From assembly GCA_040768745.1 (NCBI GenBank), contig JAXGMI010000001.1, positions 1 to 64,000 on the forward strand: a stretch of 64,000 nucleotides of DNA. The letters are read 5' to 3'. Below, piece by piece: positions 47,880 to 57,835 of the stretch (positions are counted from its first letter, which is position 1; the number at the start of each line of letters is the position of its first letter). Origin of the DNA: Desulfomicrobium sp. (GTDB lineage Bacteria > Desulfobacterota > Desulfovibrionia > Desulfovibrionales > Desulfomicrobiaceae). The position numbers were made by a program, and so were the translations under genes. The notes under the pieces are model-generated. The model searched no databases and had not been told where the DNA came from. It saw only the letters and a list, made by a program, of their open reading frames with translations.

Positions 47880-50003
47880 ATGAAGATTCTCAAAGCGATA
47901 TCGGGATTCCTACTGTTGAGCTTCGTTGTTGCGCTGTCTTCATGCGCGACACACACTCAGCCTGTTGCCGGCGATGCAGGAGTCCTGCCTCAACCCACCG
48001 CGTCCCAGCCCGCATCGCTGTCCCTGAGCGAAACCCTGGGAAAGACGATCATCGACATTCCGGTGGATACCGCAGCGCAGATCTATGCGGATTATGGCTC
48101 ATCCCAGAACATCGTCGTCTTTTTCACCCCTGCCGTTGCGGATTTCGACGTGCCCCTGAACGAAACGTCCCTGGTCCGGCAGATCACCAAGGATATGGAC
48201 GGGAACAAGGTCAAGTCCCTTTCCATCGCCCTGAATGCCAAAAGCAAATTCCTCCTTTCCAAGCAGAACGACACCCTGGGCAGGCTGATGCTCGTTTCCG
48301 ACAACATCCCCGCCCCGCAACTTCCCTCGAACTCCATCAGCGGCCTGAACTTCCAGCCCAAGGGCGGTGCGCTGCAGGTCGTCACCTACTCCAGTCTTCC
48401 CTTTGAGGTGACCCCGGAACAGGGCGACAATTTCAGGCTCGTCTTCCACAAGGCCCGCTTCCAGGACAAACTGCTCAAGAAATACGACCTCACCCGTCTT
48501 GGCTCCGCAGTGGAAAATGTCAGCGCCCACAACGACGAGAGCGGCAATGCGTTTCTCCTTTTCTCCGGACCGAAAAGCCCTGCCCTTTCCGTTGCGCGCA
48601 AGGGGGACGAGACCACCATCCTGCTCAAGACGGGCATGCCTGCGCGACAGCCTGCCGGCGTCGCCACCCCGCAGAAAAAACTGGTCCCCATGGCCCAGGT
48701 GGACGCCGACCAGGACAACGAAATCCCTGAACTGAACACCCTCTTTCCGGGCATGAAGTCCAACTACACAGGTGAAAGAATATCCATCGACCTGCAGGAC
48801 GCCGACATCGAGCACGTCCTGCGCCTCATATCGGAAATCAGCGGCTACAATTTGATTCTCGATGATGAAATCTCGGGCAAGATTTCCCTGAAGCTGGTCG
48901 ATATCCCCTGGGATCAGGCCCTGGACCTCGTTCTCCTGCAGAAGAACCTGGGCATGGTCATGAAGGGCAACATCCTGCGCGTTTCCACCGCAGCCAAGCT
49001 CGAAGCGGAACGGGCCCAGATCCAGAAGGCCCGCGAGGCGGCGATCCAGGCCCAGGTCAGCATGCAGAATCTGGCTCCGCTGAAGACGGAATACATCCAG
49101 ATCAACTACAACACCGCAGCCGAGTTCGAAGGCAAGGTCAAATCCCTGCTCACGCCCCGGGGCGCTGTGACGTCCGATCCGCGCACCAACATGCTCATTG
49201 TCAACGATACGGAAGAATCCCTGCGCCGGGTGAACAGCTTCATCAAGAAGCTGGACCGGGCCGAACGCCAGGTCATGATCGAAGCCCGCCTGGTCTACGC
49301 CACCGACGAATTCCAGCGCAGCCTGGGCGTGAAATGGGGCACTCAATACAACCCCTACTACAGATACGATGCAAACAATCCGAATCCACGCGATTACTGG
49401 ACGGGCGTCGGAGATAGTAGTACGGGTCTCGCCTTCAGCAGCACAGGCCTCAATGCCATTAACACCGTCAACGGCATCACCCTTGGAGGCACCATTGGGA
49501 AGTGGTTCGGTGAAGACCTGTTCATCCTGGACGCCTCCCTGCAGCTTGGCGAACAGAAAAACCTGGTCAAAACCATATCCTCGCCCAGGGTCCTGACCTT
49601 GAACAACAACCGCGCCGAGATCTCCCAGGGCACCAAGCTGGCCACGGCCACGGAATCGGAAAGCGGTGGCACCACCACCGAGTACGAAGAGGCCGTGCTG
49701 AAGATTTCTGTCCTGCCGCAGATCACCCCTGACAACAAGCTGATCCTGGATCTGGAGATCAACGACGACAGCCCCAAGAGCGACGGCCGGGACATCGACA
49801 CGAAGCAGACCAAGACCAAGATGATGGTCAACGACCGGGAAACCATCGTCATCGGCGGCGTGCAGAAGACCACGGACACCAAGGGAACGAATCAGATTCC
49901 AGGGCTCGGGGACGTGCCGGGTCTGGGCTGGCTGTTCAAGAACACCTACGATTCCAAGGCCAAGGCCGAGCTCCTGATCTTCATCCAGCCGCGCATCATT
50001 TAA
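47880..50003 (+). CDS. pilQ: Type IV pilus secretin PilQ
   Basis: YTGERISIDLQ, IPWDQALD, QVMIEAR, PGLGDVPGLGWLFK, ELLIFIQPRI. Confidence 0.93.
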   Translation: MKILKAISGFLLLSFVVALSSCATHTQPVAGDAGVLPQPTASQPASLSLSETLGKTIIDIPVDTAAQIYADYGSSQNIVVFFTPAVADFDVPLNETSLVRQITKDMDGNKVKSLSIALNAKSKFLLSKQNDTLGRLMLVSDNIPAPQLPSNSISGLNFQPKGGALQVVTYSSLPFEVTPEQGDNFRLVFHKARFQDKLLKKYDLTRLGSAVENVSAHNDESGNAFLLFSGPKSPALSVARKGDETTILLKTGMPARQPAGVATPQKKLVPMAQVDADQDNEIPELNTLFPGMKSNYTGERISIDLQDADIEHVLRLISEISGYNLILDDEISGKISLKLVDIPWDQALDLVLLQKNLGMVMKGNILRVSTAAKLEAERAQIQKAREAAIQAQVSMQNLAPLKTEYIQINYNTAAEFEGKVKSLLTPRGAVTSDPRTNMLIVNDTEESLRRVNSFIKKLDRAERQVMIEARLVYATDEFQRSLGVKWGTQYNPYYRYDANNPNPRDYWTGVGDSSTGLAFSSTGLNAINTVNGITLGGTIGKWFGEDLFILDASLQLGEQKNLVKTISSPRVLTLNNNRAEISQGTKLATATESESGGTTTEYEEAVLKISVLPQITPDNKLILDLEINDDSPKSDGRDIDTKQTKTKMMVNDRETIVIGGVQKTTDTKGTNQIPGLGDVPGLGWLFKNTYDSKAKAELLIFIQPRII

Positions 50004-50049
50004 CGCATTCCCCTTTTCCGGATTTGTTCCGCTTCAGACTTCAAAAAAC

Positions 50050-50094
50050 AACGAAACCGCCCTGGCAGGAGATGCTGCCAGGGCGGTTTCGTTT
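50050..50094. terminator. Terminator after pilQ
   Basis: AACGAAACCGCCCTGGCAG-gagatg-CTGCCAGGGCGGTTTCGTT. Confidence 0.8.
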
Positions 50095-50292
50095 TGTCCG
50101 GCAAAATGCCAAATACTGTTCGTCCGATTTTTGGCGCCGACCCTTTCACGGCTTCCGGGCCCGTTTGGACCCTTGAAAAAAGGAGCCGCGAGCGAGATAC
50201 CAGTAAGCGCTCAGGCATCCGCATCTTCGTAAGCGCTCAGGCATCCGCATCTTCCTGGGACGTGCCTGTGATGTGTGATATGAGCAGAAGTC

Positions 50293-51846
50293 TTACTTCT
50301 TGCGAGGCTTGGGCTTGGGAAGGCTTGGGAGAAGGGATTTGTCCACGTGCTGCGGCATGAGCGCCCGCATGTCTTCCGTGGTCCGTGCTGCGGGGAAGCG
50401 TTCGAAGAGGAATTTCAGGTAGGCTTGGGGCTCGATCTCGTTGGCCTTGGCGGTTTCCACCAGGGAAAAGAGCATGGCGCTGGCGTCAGCGCCCTTGGGG
50501 ACTCCGGCAAAGAGCCAGTTCTTCCGGCCCAGGGCCACGGGGCGGATGGCGTTCTCGGCCGTGTTGTTGTCGGGCGTGAGCAATCCGCAGTCCACGTAGC
50601 GCACGGCCCGGCTCCACTGGTTGCGGGCGTAGGTCATGGCCTGTCCGAGCAGGCTTTTGGGCGGGACGTGGTCGATGCGCTCGTCGAGGATGGCCCGTAT
50701 TGCGTTGAGGATGGGAACTGCTTGCTCCAAGCGCATTGGTACCTTTTCCTCCGGCTCCAGTTCTTTGATATTGTGCTCGACCTTGTAGAGCAGACCGATG
50801 AGATCCAGGATTTCCTTGGCCGTCCCGTGCGTGATCTTCTTTGAGGTCGCTTTCTGGACGTCCATGAACTTACGACGGATGTGGGCCATGCAACCGACAT
50901 GGATGATGCCGTCCGATTCGCCGAGAGCCTGGTACCCGGAGTAGCCGTCGGTCTGGATGTAGCCCTTGTACTCGCCCAGATACTCCTTGGGGACAGAGCC
51001 CGACCTGGTCGGGTCGTAGCAATAGACCACGGTCGGCCGATCTGGATTGCCGCCACGGAAGAGCCACAGATACGATGTGGAAGTATCGGATCGCCCTGGT
51101 TCGTTGAGTACTTGCAGTGTGGTTTCGTCCATGTTGATGACCGGGCCGGAGCGGATTTCCGCCTGGAACAGTTCATGGAGCGGCTCCAGCGCCTTGGCCA
51201 CGGCCATGGCCCATCCGGACATGGAATGACGCGGGATGTCCACGCCCAAGCGGGCAAACTGCTTGGTCTGGCGGTAGAACGGCATGGCATCGACGAACTT
51301 GGCGGTAATGACCTGGGCCAAGAGGCTCGGCGTGGCGATGCCCTTGGGGATGATCTGCGGCGGCATGGGTGCGATACGCACCACCGGCATACCCTCCTCT
51401 CCGTCGCAGGCCGGACAGGCGTACTTCGGGCGGATATGGCGTTCTACCCGCATGACGGCCGGGACGTAATCGAGCTTTTCGGAGACTTCTTCGCCGATGC
51501 GCTTCAGGCAGGCTCCGCAAGAGCAGAGTTTCTGGTCTTCGGGCAGATCGTGAACGACTTCGATGCGCGGCAGGTGATCCGGCAGAGGCTTGCGTCCCCG
51601 CTTGGCTCTGGTGTGGGCCGGGACTTCGACGACGGGCATTTCCGCAGGCTTCGCCTCTGCGATCCTAACCAAGGGCAGAGGTAGGATGCCTTGGTAGAGG
51701 TCTTTGGATTTCTCGGACTTGGGAGCATACAGGGCGGCCTGCAACAGGGCCACGCGATCCTGGAGATGGCGGTTTTGCTGGTAGTAATCCCAGACCAGAT
51801 GCTTGAGTTGCCCGATGTCATCGGGAAGGTTCTCGATGTCTCCCAT
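50293..51846 (-). CDS. tnpC: IS66 transposase TnpC
   Basis: GRKPLP, DETTLQVL, QTDGYSGY, CMAHIRRKF, DNNTAENAIRPVALGRKNWLF. Confidence 0.93.
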   Translation of the reverse strand: MGDIENLPDDIGQLKHLVWDYYQQNRHLQDRVALLQAALYAPKSEKSKDLYQGILPLPLVRIAEAKPAEMPVVEVPAHTRAKRGRKPLPDHLPRIEVVHDLPEDQKLCSCGACLKRIGEEVSEKLDYVPAVMRVERHIRPKYACPACDGEEGMPVVRIAPMPPQIIPKGIATPSLLAQVITAKFVDAMPFYRQTKQFARLGVDIPRHSMSGWAMAVAKALEPLHELFQAEIRSGPVINMDETTLQVLNEPGRSDTSTSYLWLFRGGNPDRPTVVYCYDPTRSGSVPKEYLGEYKGYIQTDGYSGYQALGESDGIIHVGCMAHIRRKFMDVQKATSKKITHGTAKEILDLIGLLYKVEHNIKELEPEEKVPMRLEQAVPILNAIRAILDERIDHVPPKSLLGQAMTYARNQWSRAVRYVDCGLLTPDNNTAENAIRPVALGRKNWLFAGVPKGADASAMLFSLVETAKANEIEPQAYLKFLFERFPAARTTEDMRALMPQHVDKSLLPSLPKPKPRKK

Positions 51847-51893
51847 GCAAGAATATTTAGCAATAATATCTTGAAATAGCAAGATATTTGTCA

Positions 51894-52244
51894 CTATAGA
51901 ACCGATCTGTAGTACAACCGCTGATGTGCTCCTTGCGGCGTGAGCGTGAGTCCATCGAGGAGCCAGCCAAGCTGTTGCGGGGTGATATTCATGACCTCTG
52001 ACGCCCGCTCGGGCCAGCAGAATCGATGCTTCTCCAGGCGCTTGTGCCAGAGGCAGAAGCCGTTGCGATCCCAGTACAGCACCTTGATGGCGTCGCGCCT
52101 GCGGTTGCAGAAGACAAAGAGGTGTCCGGAAAAGGGGTCCAGATCGAGAATGCCCTGGGCCGTCATGCTCAGTCTGTCGATGCCGGCGCGCATGTCCGTG
52201 GTACCGGGGGCGAGATAGACCTTGGCCGCGGGCACCCTCAGCAT
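51894..52244 (-). CDS. tnpB: IS66 accessory protein TnpB
   Basis: TDMRAGID, LFVFCNRR, LYWDRNGFCLWHKRLE. Confidence 0.93.
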   Translation of the reverse strand: MLRVPAAKVYLAPGTTDMRAGIDRLSMTAQGILDLDPFSGHLFVFCNRRRDAIKVLYWDRNGFCLWHKRLEKHRFCWPERASEVMNITPQQLGWLLDGLTLTPQGAHQRLYYRSVL

Positions 52245-52566
52245 CGGGCTTCCAGCACGGTCAGCAGCTTGGTCAGCGTGGCTTCGTCGAAGTCAGCCGG
52301 GATATCGAGAGCGTAACGATTGCCGACCAGTAGTCCGATGGAAGGAGACTTCAGGGCCAGGGTGAACGGGAGAGGGACGATTGCGGGCGGCAAGGCGGAT
52401 ACATCCACTGAAGCCGAGCGCGATTTTCGCAGCCAGTACCGGAATGAGCTGAAATTCAGGCCGTGCGCCTTATACAATACGCGGCCTTGCTTATGCCGCT
52501 GTGCCGCCACTGCTCAACATGAGCGAGCCATCGGGCAGCACGGTTCTGGCGGATGCGAGATTTCAT
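52238..52566 (-). pseudogene. tnpA: IS66 TnpA, frameshifted
   Basis: GGAGG-ATG gives MKSRIRQNRAARWLAHVEQWRHSGISKAAYC. An extra 2 nt near 52473 shifts the frame away from KAHGLNFSSFRYWLRK. Confidence 0.8.
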
Positions 52567-53011
52567 GACGACCTCCTTGGATTGGAGGCGTACTATCTCA
52601 TAGAGCGAAATTATTGGAAGATGGGGTTCGTAGACCGGTTACCCACCACCCGACCGTCACGGGCATGGATATTTTCACACGGCCAGGGCAGGAAAGACAC
52701 TTTTTTTCACCCGGCACCCTTACCAAAACCTTACCACTTTTCGGCCCGCTTGGAGAACCTTACCACCGGCAAGCTGCGGGCGCTGTAGCGGCCCTATATC
52801 GTGCGATATGCGCCCCGTAGGGCCACGAAAAAAGAAAGGCCAAGGTTTATACCCCTGGCCGTCCAACGTGACTTGCGTCCCCCTATCCAAGAAAGGTTCC
52901 AGTAAAAATAAGGAGTTAGATGTAAAATCTAGGTCCTTTTTGTTTGTCTGATCAATTCTACAAGTCGATTTGCCCCACTTCTACCCCACTTTTTAGACGA
53001 CAAGGCCCCCT

Positions 53012-53296
53012 TTTCATCCTCCTCTGGGATAGGGTTTTCTTGGACACCAAATTGGGAGTAGAGAGACTCCCCATGAGGTGATTCATGAGCAAACAATACG
53101 ACAAGGATATTTCAGCCGTCTCTCCGTTGGAGGGAGGCCGTAGACGGCGTGGAGCCGGGGTGACATACAACCGGGAATGGATCATTGGACGCCATGGCTA
53201 CAAGACTCCGGCAGCCGTCCGGGCCATCCAGAAAGAGGCCGTGACCGTAGCGGCTTGATAAACCAAAAACGTGCCCAAAAACCGTAGACCGATACA
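53012..53296 (+). mobile_element. IS3-like transposon remnant (heavily deleted)
   Basis: TTGGACACC end motif and an orfA-like start MSKQYDKD. Then YNREWIIGRHGYKTPAAVRAIQKEAVTVAA* (53166-53258) and a terminus ending ...ACCGATACA. Confidence 0.55.
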
Positions 53297-53411
53297 AAAC
53301 GGCCATGTCATATCCGGCATTGTTTGATGCATGGGTCGACTTGTTGGAAAAGGGACTCACCATGAACCGGAAAAAGACCCTGGCCCCTCCCGCGGGCGCA
53401 CCCCTCCACCG

Positions 53412-54176
53412 ATGCGCAGCGCCATGACCACGCTTCTGGCCACTCTGACTCTTGTCTACGCAGGGCTATGTGCCACCCTCTTCGTCTTCCAGCGGTCGCT
53501 GATCTATTTGCCGCAGACTGGAATGGGCGGCCCGGCTGCCCCGACACTGACTTTGCCTGTACAAGGGGCTGACCTGCGCGTGACCTTCCACGCCCGGCAG
53601 GGCCAAAAGGCCCTGATCTATTTCGGTGGCAACGCCGAGGACGTCTCGCACACCCTGCCGGAACTTTCCGCAGCGTTCCCTGAACACGCGCTCTATCTTC
53701 TCAACTATCGTGGATTCGGAGGAAGCTCCGGCAGGCCAAGCGAAGCGGTCCTGTTCGCCGATGGACTTGCCCTGTTCGACAAGGTCCGAGAGACGCACCG
53801 AAGCATTGCCGTCATGGGGCGCAGCCTGGGCAGCGCGGTCGCGGTGTACGTGGCCAGCCTGCGGTCTGCGGACCACCTCATTCTGGTCACACCGTTTGAC
53901 AGTCTGACAGACGTGGCCGCGCGTCACTACCCTTTCGTTCCGGTCCGCTGGCTGCTGCTCGACAGGTTCGAGTCCTGGAAATTCGCACCCCTGGTCAAAG
54001 CCCCGACTCTGGTAATCGCTGCCGAGCATGACGAAGTGGTGCCCCGCTCCAGCACCAAGGCCCTGGCGGATCGTTTTCAGGGGGGGACAACCACCCTTCT
54101 GACCATCCCCGGCGCAGGCCACAACACGCTTTCGGACTGCCCCGAATACATGGAAATCCTGAAATCCGTGCACTGA
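53412..54176 (+). CDS. Alpha/beta hydrolase
   Basis: QRSLIY, YFGGNAED, YRGFGGS, GRSLG, DEVV, AGHN. Confidence 0.88.
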   Translation: MRSAMTTLLATLTLVYAGLCATLFVFQRSLIYLPQTGMGGPAAPTLTLPVQGADLRVTFHARQGQKALIYFGGNAEDVSHTLPELSAAFPEHALYLLNYRGFGGSSGRPSEAVLFADGLALFDKVRETHRSIAVMGRSLGSAVAVYVASLRSADHLILVTPFDSLTDVAARHYPFVPVRWLLLDRFESWKFAPLVKAPTLVIAAEHDEVVPRSSTKALADRFQGGTTTLLTIPGAGHNTLSDCPEYMEILKSVH

Positions 54177-54289
54177 TCCCAAGCGCGGATGCAGGGCGAG
54201 ACTGAAGCAGTCCCCCTGAACCCGGGGCAGAGGATCAGAAGCTGAGAAAAAAGCCCTTTCCCTGCTGCTGAAGGGAAAAGGCTGGGTGA

Positions 54290-57200
54290 TCAGGGCGTGG
54301 AACCGATCCCTGCTTTCTGAAAGTTCGGGCCTTCCAGGTGATGCACATAGACCCGGTCGGACATTCCCAATCCCTGGGCCAAGTCTGCAATCTGTGCCTG
54401 ATGGGTGAAGAGGATGATCTGGACGCGACTGGCCATGGCGGCCAGGGCCCGCAGGGTGGCGGCGCTCCTGGCCTCGTCGAAGTTGATGAGGATGTCGTCG
54501 ACGATGAAGGGCATGGGCTCCGCGGTCCGCGCCCGCCAGGCCAGGCTCGCCAGACGCAGGGACAGGTAGAGCTGGTCGCGGGAGCCGGAGCTCATGCCGT
54601 CCACCCGGACCCGCTCGCCGCCTGGCCGCAGGCCCAGGATGACGGGTCTGTCGCTCTCGTCGATGTCGGCCTGCAGTCCGGAGAAGGACGACAGGGTCAG
54701 GTCGCGGAACAGGTCCGAGGCCGTGGACAGCAGCGGCCCCTGATTGGCCGCGCGGTAGCGTTCGATCTCCGCGCGCAGCACGCCGGAGGCGATCTTGAGG
54801 CGGATGTAGCGTCCCGTCAGGCGCGAGACAGCCGCCAGGACCTCCTGCATCTCCTCGGCCACGCGGGCCGCGGCGTCACCGCCGTCCATGCGCGCCAGCT
54901 CGTTCTTCTCCCGTCCGATGGCCTCGGCCAGCTCCTGCAGCCTCGGCTTGACCCGCTCCCGCAGTTCCAGGCGCAGCTCGCCCAGGCGGCCGGGCAGGGC
55001 GTCGGCGTCGTACTCGCGGGCCAATGACTCCAGATCTTCCAGGCTCCCGCCCTCGGCCATGTCAGCCAGGTCGGCCTCGACCTTGTCCACGTCCCCGCGC
55101 AACTGGGACCAGACAGCGAAGCGCCGCTCTGCCTCGGCCATGCCCTCGTCGTCCCCGGCGCGCGCCTCGGCCCGCAGGGCCGCCAGCCCCTCATCGACCA
55201 CGGCCAGCTCTTCGGACAGGGACCGGATTTCCCGTACGGTCTGGGTTTCGTCTTCCTCCAGCCGGGCCCGCACGGTCTGCTCCCGCATCGCCTGGGCCAG
55301 GAGGGCCTTGAGCCGACCCACGGCCAGGGCGGCGTCGAGATCCGCGGCGGACGGGTCCACGAGGCGGCAGACCCCGCGCACGTCGTCCTCGAAGACGCGC
55401 GCATCGCGGTCAATGCCAGCGATGCGCTTGCGCAGCACATCCTCCTCGTCGAGCCTGGCCAGACACTCCTGGACCGTCTCCACGTAGTCGGCGGCCTCCT
55501 CGGGGGATGCGCCGCCGGGCAGGCCCAGGAAGGACATGGCCTCGGCCCAGGACTCCCGCCACTCCTCGGCCTGCCTGCGGGCGGCCGCCGCGGCCACCTC
55601 GGCCTTGTCCACGGCCGAGGAGAGGTCGGACACGGTCCGCGCCAGGGTTTCGCGCCTGACCCGGCCCGCACCCAGCGCCTCGGACACGGCCTCGGCCCGG
55701 CGCAGGGCCGGGGCCAGCTCCTCGCCGGTCCGGTCCGCGGCCTGGCCCAGGGCCTCCAGCTCGCGCAGCAGCAGTTCGCGCAGTTCCGCGCGCCGCGCCT
55801 GGCGCACGGCCAGTTCGGCGCGGACCCGGTCCAATTCCTCGACCTTGCGGCCGAGGTCGTCGAAATTCGCACGCCAGGCCCGCATCTCGCGCGGCCCCAG
55901 GGGCTCGATGCCGCACGGCGCCCACTGTTCCCGCCAGCGGGCCAGGAGGGCCTCACGTTCGGCCAGTTCCGCGGCGATGGCGGCCCGTAGCCCTTCCAGC
56001 ACGGTCCGGGCGGACTCGATGCCGGCCAGGAGCTGGGCGTGCTTCTGGACCCGGTCTGCTTCCCGGTACATGCGGTCGGCCGTCAGGTCGGCTTTGGCCA
56101 CCCACTGTTCGTAGGTTTCGGGCAAGGACCCTTCCTCGGCGTAGAGGCGGCTTTCGGCCGCGATGTCCTCGCCGTCCATCCATTGCCGCCGCAGCAGGCT
56201 CCACCCCTCCTCGCGCCTGGCCCGGCAGTCGGCCAGATCGGCCTCGGACGGGACCACGGCGGCGTGCTCGATGCCTTGCATCTCGCACTCCAGGGACTCC
56301 CGGTTGCGGACGACGCGCTCTTCTTCCTGGCGAAGGCGGCGCAGCTCCTCGTCCCGGCGCTGCAGGGCCGCCTCGAATTCGTTGACGGTCTCGGGCAGGG
56401 GCAGGCGCAGGGACGGCACGACTTCGAGACTCCCCCGCCACAGCCCCAGGCGGTCCAGGGCGGCCAGACAGACGCCGCGCAGCCTCTGGCCGTCGGCCTC
56501 CCGCTGGCGCAGATCCTCGTCCAGGTCCCCGGCCTTGCGCGCGGCCCCGATGGCCTGCGCCAGCGCCGTGCCGTCGGCCTCCCGACCCAGGGAAACCAGC
56601 TCTGCCCGGCGGCTCTCCAGCTCCCGCTGCAGCTCGGCCAGGCGCGTCCCGGCCTGCCGCACGCCCTGGAACACGGCCTCGTGACGCTGGGCCAGTGCCT
56701 GGACTGCCCTGCACTTGGCCAGGCCCGGGCGCAGGGTTTCGGCCCATTCCACGTCCAGTTCCGGCCTGACGCGTCGCAGCAGATGCGCCGCCTCGGTCTT
56801 GTACCCCTTGCGCATGCCGTCGAGGCCGGGGCGGTCCTCAAGGCCTTTGCGGTACGCGCCCAGACGTTGATGCAGGTTCTCGATGTCCTCGACATGGTCG
56901 ATGACTGTCCTGTCGGCGCTCAGCGCGGCCAGGCGCTCCATGGTCTCCCGACACCGCGCCTCGGCCGCGTCCAGCCGCACGCGCAGGGTCCGGCCCTTCT
57001 CTTCCAGGACGCGCCGACGCTGACCGAAATCCTCGGCCAGGGCAAAAACCTCACCCAACTCCTGAAGTTTATCCAGAAGCATCCGATGCCTGCTCAGGAA
57101 GGGCAGGGCCCGCTGCAGCCGCTCCAGGCGGTGCAGGCTGCGACTCAGCTCTTCGCGGCGTGCGGACAGGGCCGCCACTTCCCTTTCGGCCTCGGCCAGG

Positions 57201-57835
57201 GCCTGGCTGTGTCGCTGCCACTCGTGCCCGGCCAGGCTGACGGACCGCAGCTGCGACTGCAGCTCCTTGTAACGAGCCAGGGCTGCCGTCAGGGCTTTTG
57301 TCGAGGCGCGGGGCTTGAACAGGTCGTCGGCCTCGTCCTCCAGCCCCTTGAGCACGGACCGCAGGGAGGCGAACCCGGCCCCTGCGGCGAACAGGGCCTG
57401 CCCCACCTCCCCTTCCTGGTCGAGGATGCCCTGCCCGCCGCGGACCAGGGTCTCGTGGTCGATGCCGTACATGGCCGAGAACACGTCCTGGCTCATGCCG
57501 TGCAGGAAGGGCGCCAGGGCGTCGGTCCCAAGGGGGCCGTCGGCCTCGTCGAAAAGATCGTTCTTGGCCTTCTTGCGCCGGCGGAACGAAAGCGCCAGGC
57601 CGTCGTCGCGGCGCAGACGGCCGCCCACAAGCAGCTGGTCGTAGGCATGCAGGAAATTGTCTCCCGTGCGCGGCGGGAAGCCGAAGAGCAGGGCCTGCAG
57701 GCCGCGCAGGGCGCTCGACTTGCCGGCCTCGTTGGGGCCATGCACGACGTGCAGGCCGGGCAGTGCCGAGTCGAAATGAAGCATCCGGCCGGTGAAGGGA
57801 CCGAAGGCCGAGAGCTCCAGGCATTCAATCCGCAT
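54290..57835 (-). CDS. YhaN-like AAA/SMC coiled-coil ATPase
   Basis: GPNEAGKS Walker A, long coiled coil, MSSGSRDQLYLSLRL, DDILINFD. Confidence 0.88.
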   Translation of the reverse strand: MRIECLELSAFGPFTGRMLHFDSALPGLHVVHGPNEAGKSSALRGLQALLFGFPPRTGDNFLHAYDQLLVGGRLRRDDGLALSFRRRKKAKNDLFDEADGPLGTDALAPFLHGMSQDVFSAMYGIDHETLVRGGQGILDQEGEVGQALFAAGAGFASLRSVLKGLEDEADDLFKPRASTKALTAALARYKELQSQLRSVSLAGHEWQRHSQALAEAEREVAALSARREELSRSLHRLERLQRALPFLSRHRMLLDKLQELGEVFALAEDFGQRRRVLEEKGRTLRVRLDAAEARCRETMERLAALSADRTVIDHVEDIENLHQRLGAYRKGLEDRPGLDGMRKGYKTEAAHLLRRVRPELDVEWAETLRPGLAKCRAVQALAQRHEAVFQGVRQAGTRLAELQRELESRRAELVSLGREADGTALAQAIGAARKAGDLDEDLRQREADGQRLRGVCLAALDRLGLWRGSLEVVPSLRLPLPETVNEFEAALQRRDEELRRLRQEEERVVRNRESLECEMQGIEHAAVVPSEADLADCRARREEGWSLLRRQWMDGEDIAAESRLYAEEGSLPETYEQWVAKADLTADRMYREADRVQKHAQLLAGIESARTVLEGLRAAIAAELAEREALLARWREQWAPCGIEPLGPREMRAWRANFDDLGRKVEELDRVRAELAVRQARRAELRELLLRELEALGQAADRTGEELAPALRRAEAVSEALGAGRVRRETLARTVSDLSSAVDKAEVAAAAARRQAEEWRESWAEAMSFLGLPGGASPEEAADYVETVQECLARLDEEDVLRKRIAGIDRDARVFEDDVRGVCRLVDPSAADLDAALAVGRLKALLAQAMREQTVRARLEEDETQTVREIRSLSEELAVVDEGLAALRAEARAGDDEGMAEAERRFAVWSQLRGDVDKVEADLADMAEGGSLEDLESLAREYDADALPGRLGELRLELRERVKPRLQELAEAIGREKNELARMDGGDAAARVAEEMQEVLAAVSRLTGRYIRLKIASGVLRAEIERYRAANQGPLLSTASDLFRDLTLSSFSGLQADIDESDRPVILGLRPGGERVRVDGMSSGSRDQLYLSLRLASLAWRARTAEPMPFIVDDILINFDEARSAATLRALAAMASRVQIILFTHQAQIADLAQGLGMSDRVYVHHLEGPNFQKAGIGSTP

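Larger units (their letters stand above)
50203..52642 (-). mobile_element. IS66-family element with a tandemly doubled terminal repeat
   Basis: Ends are GTAAGCGCTCAGGCATCCGCATCTTC (two copies) and, reverse-complemented from 52642, GTAACCGGTCTACGAACCCCATCTTCC. Contains tnpABC. Confidence 0.92.

Noticed and set aside
50203..50254. CRISPR-like repeat
   Set aside because: Only two copies with no spacer, and the sequence is the IS66 terminal repeat. No CRISPR array was seen anywhere in the window.
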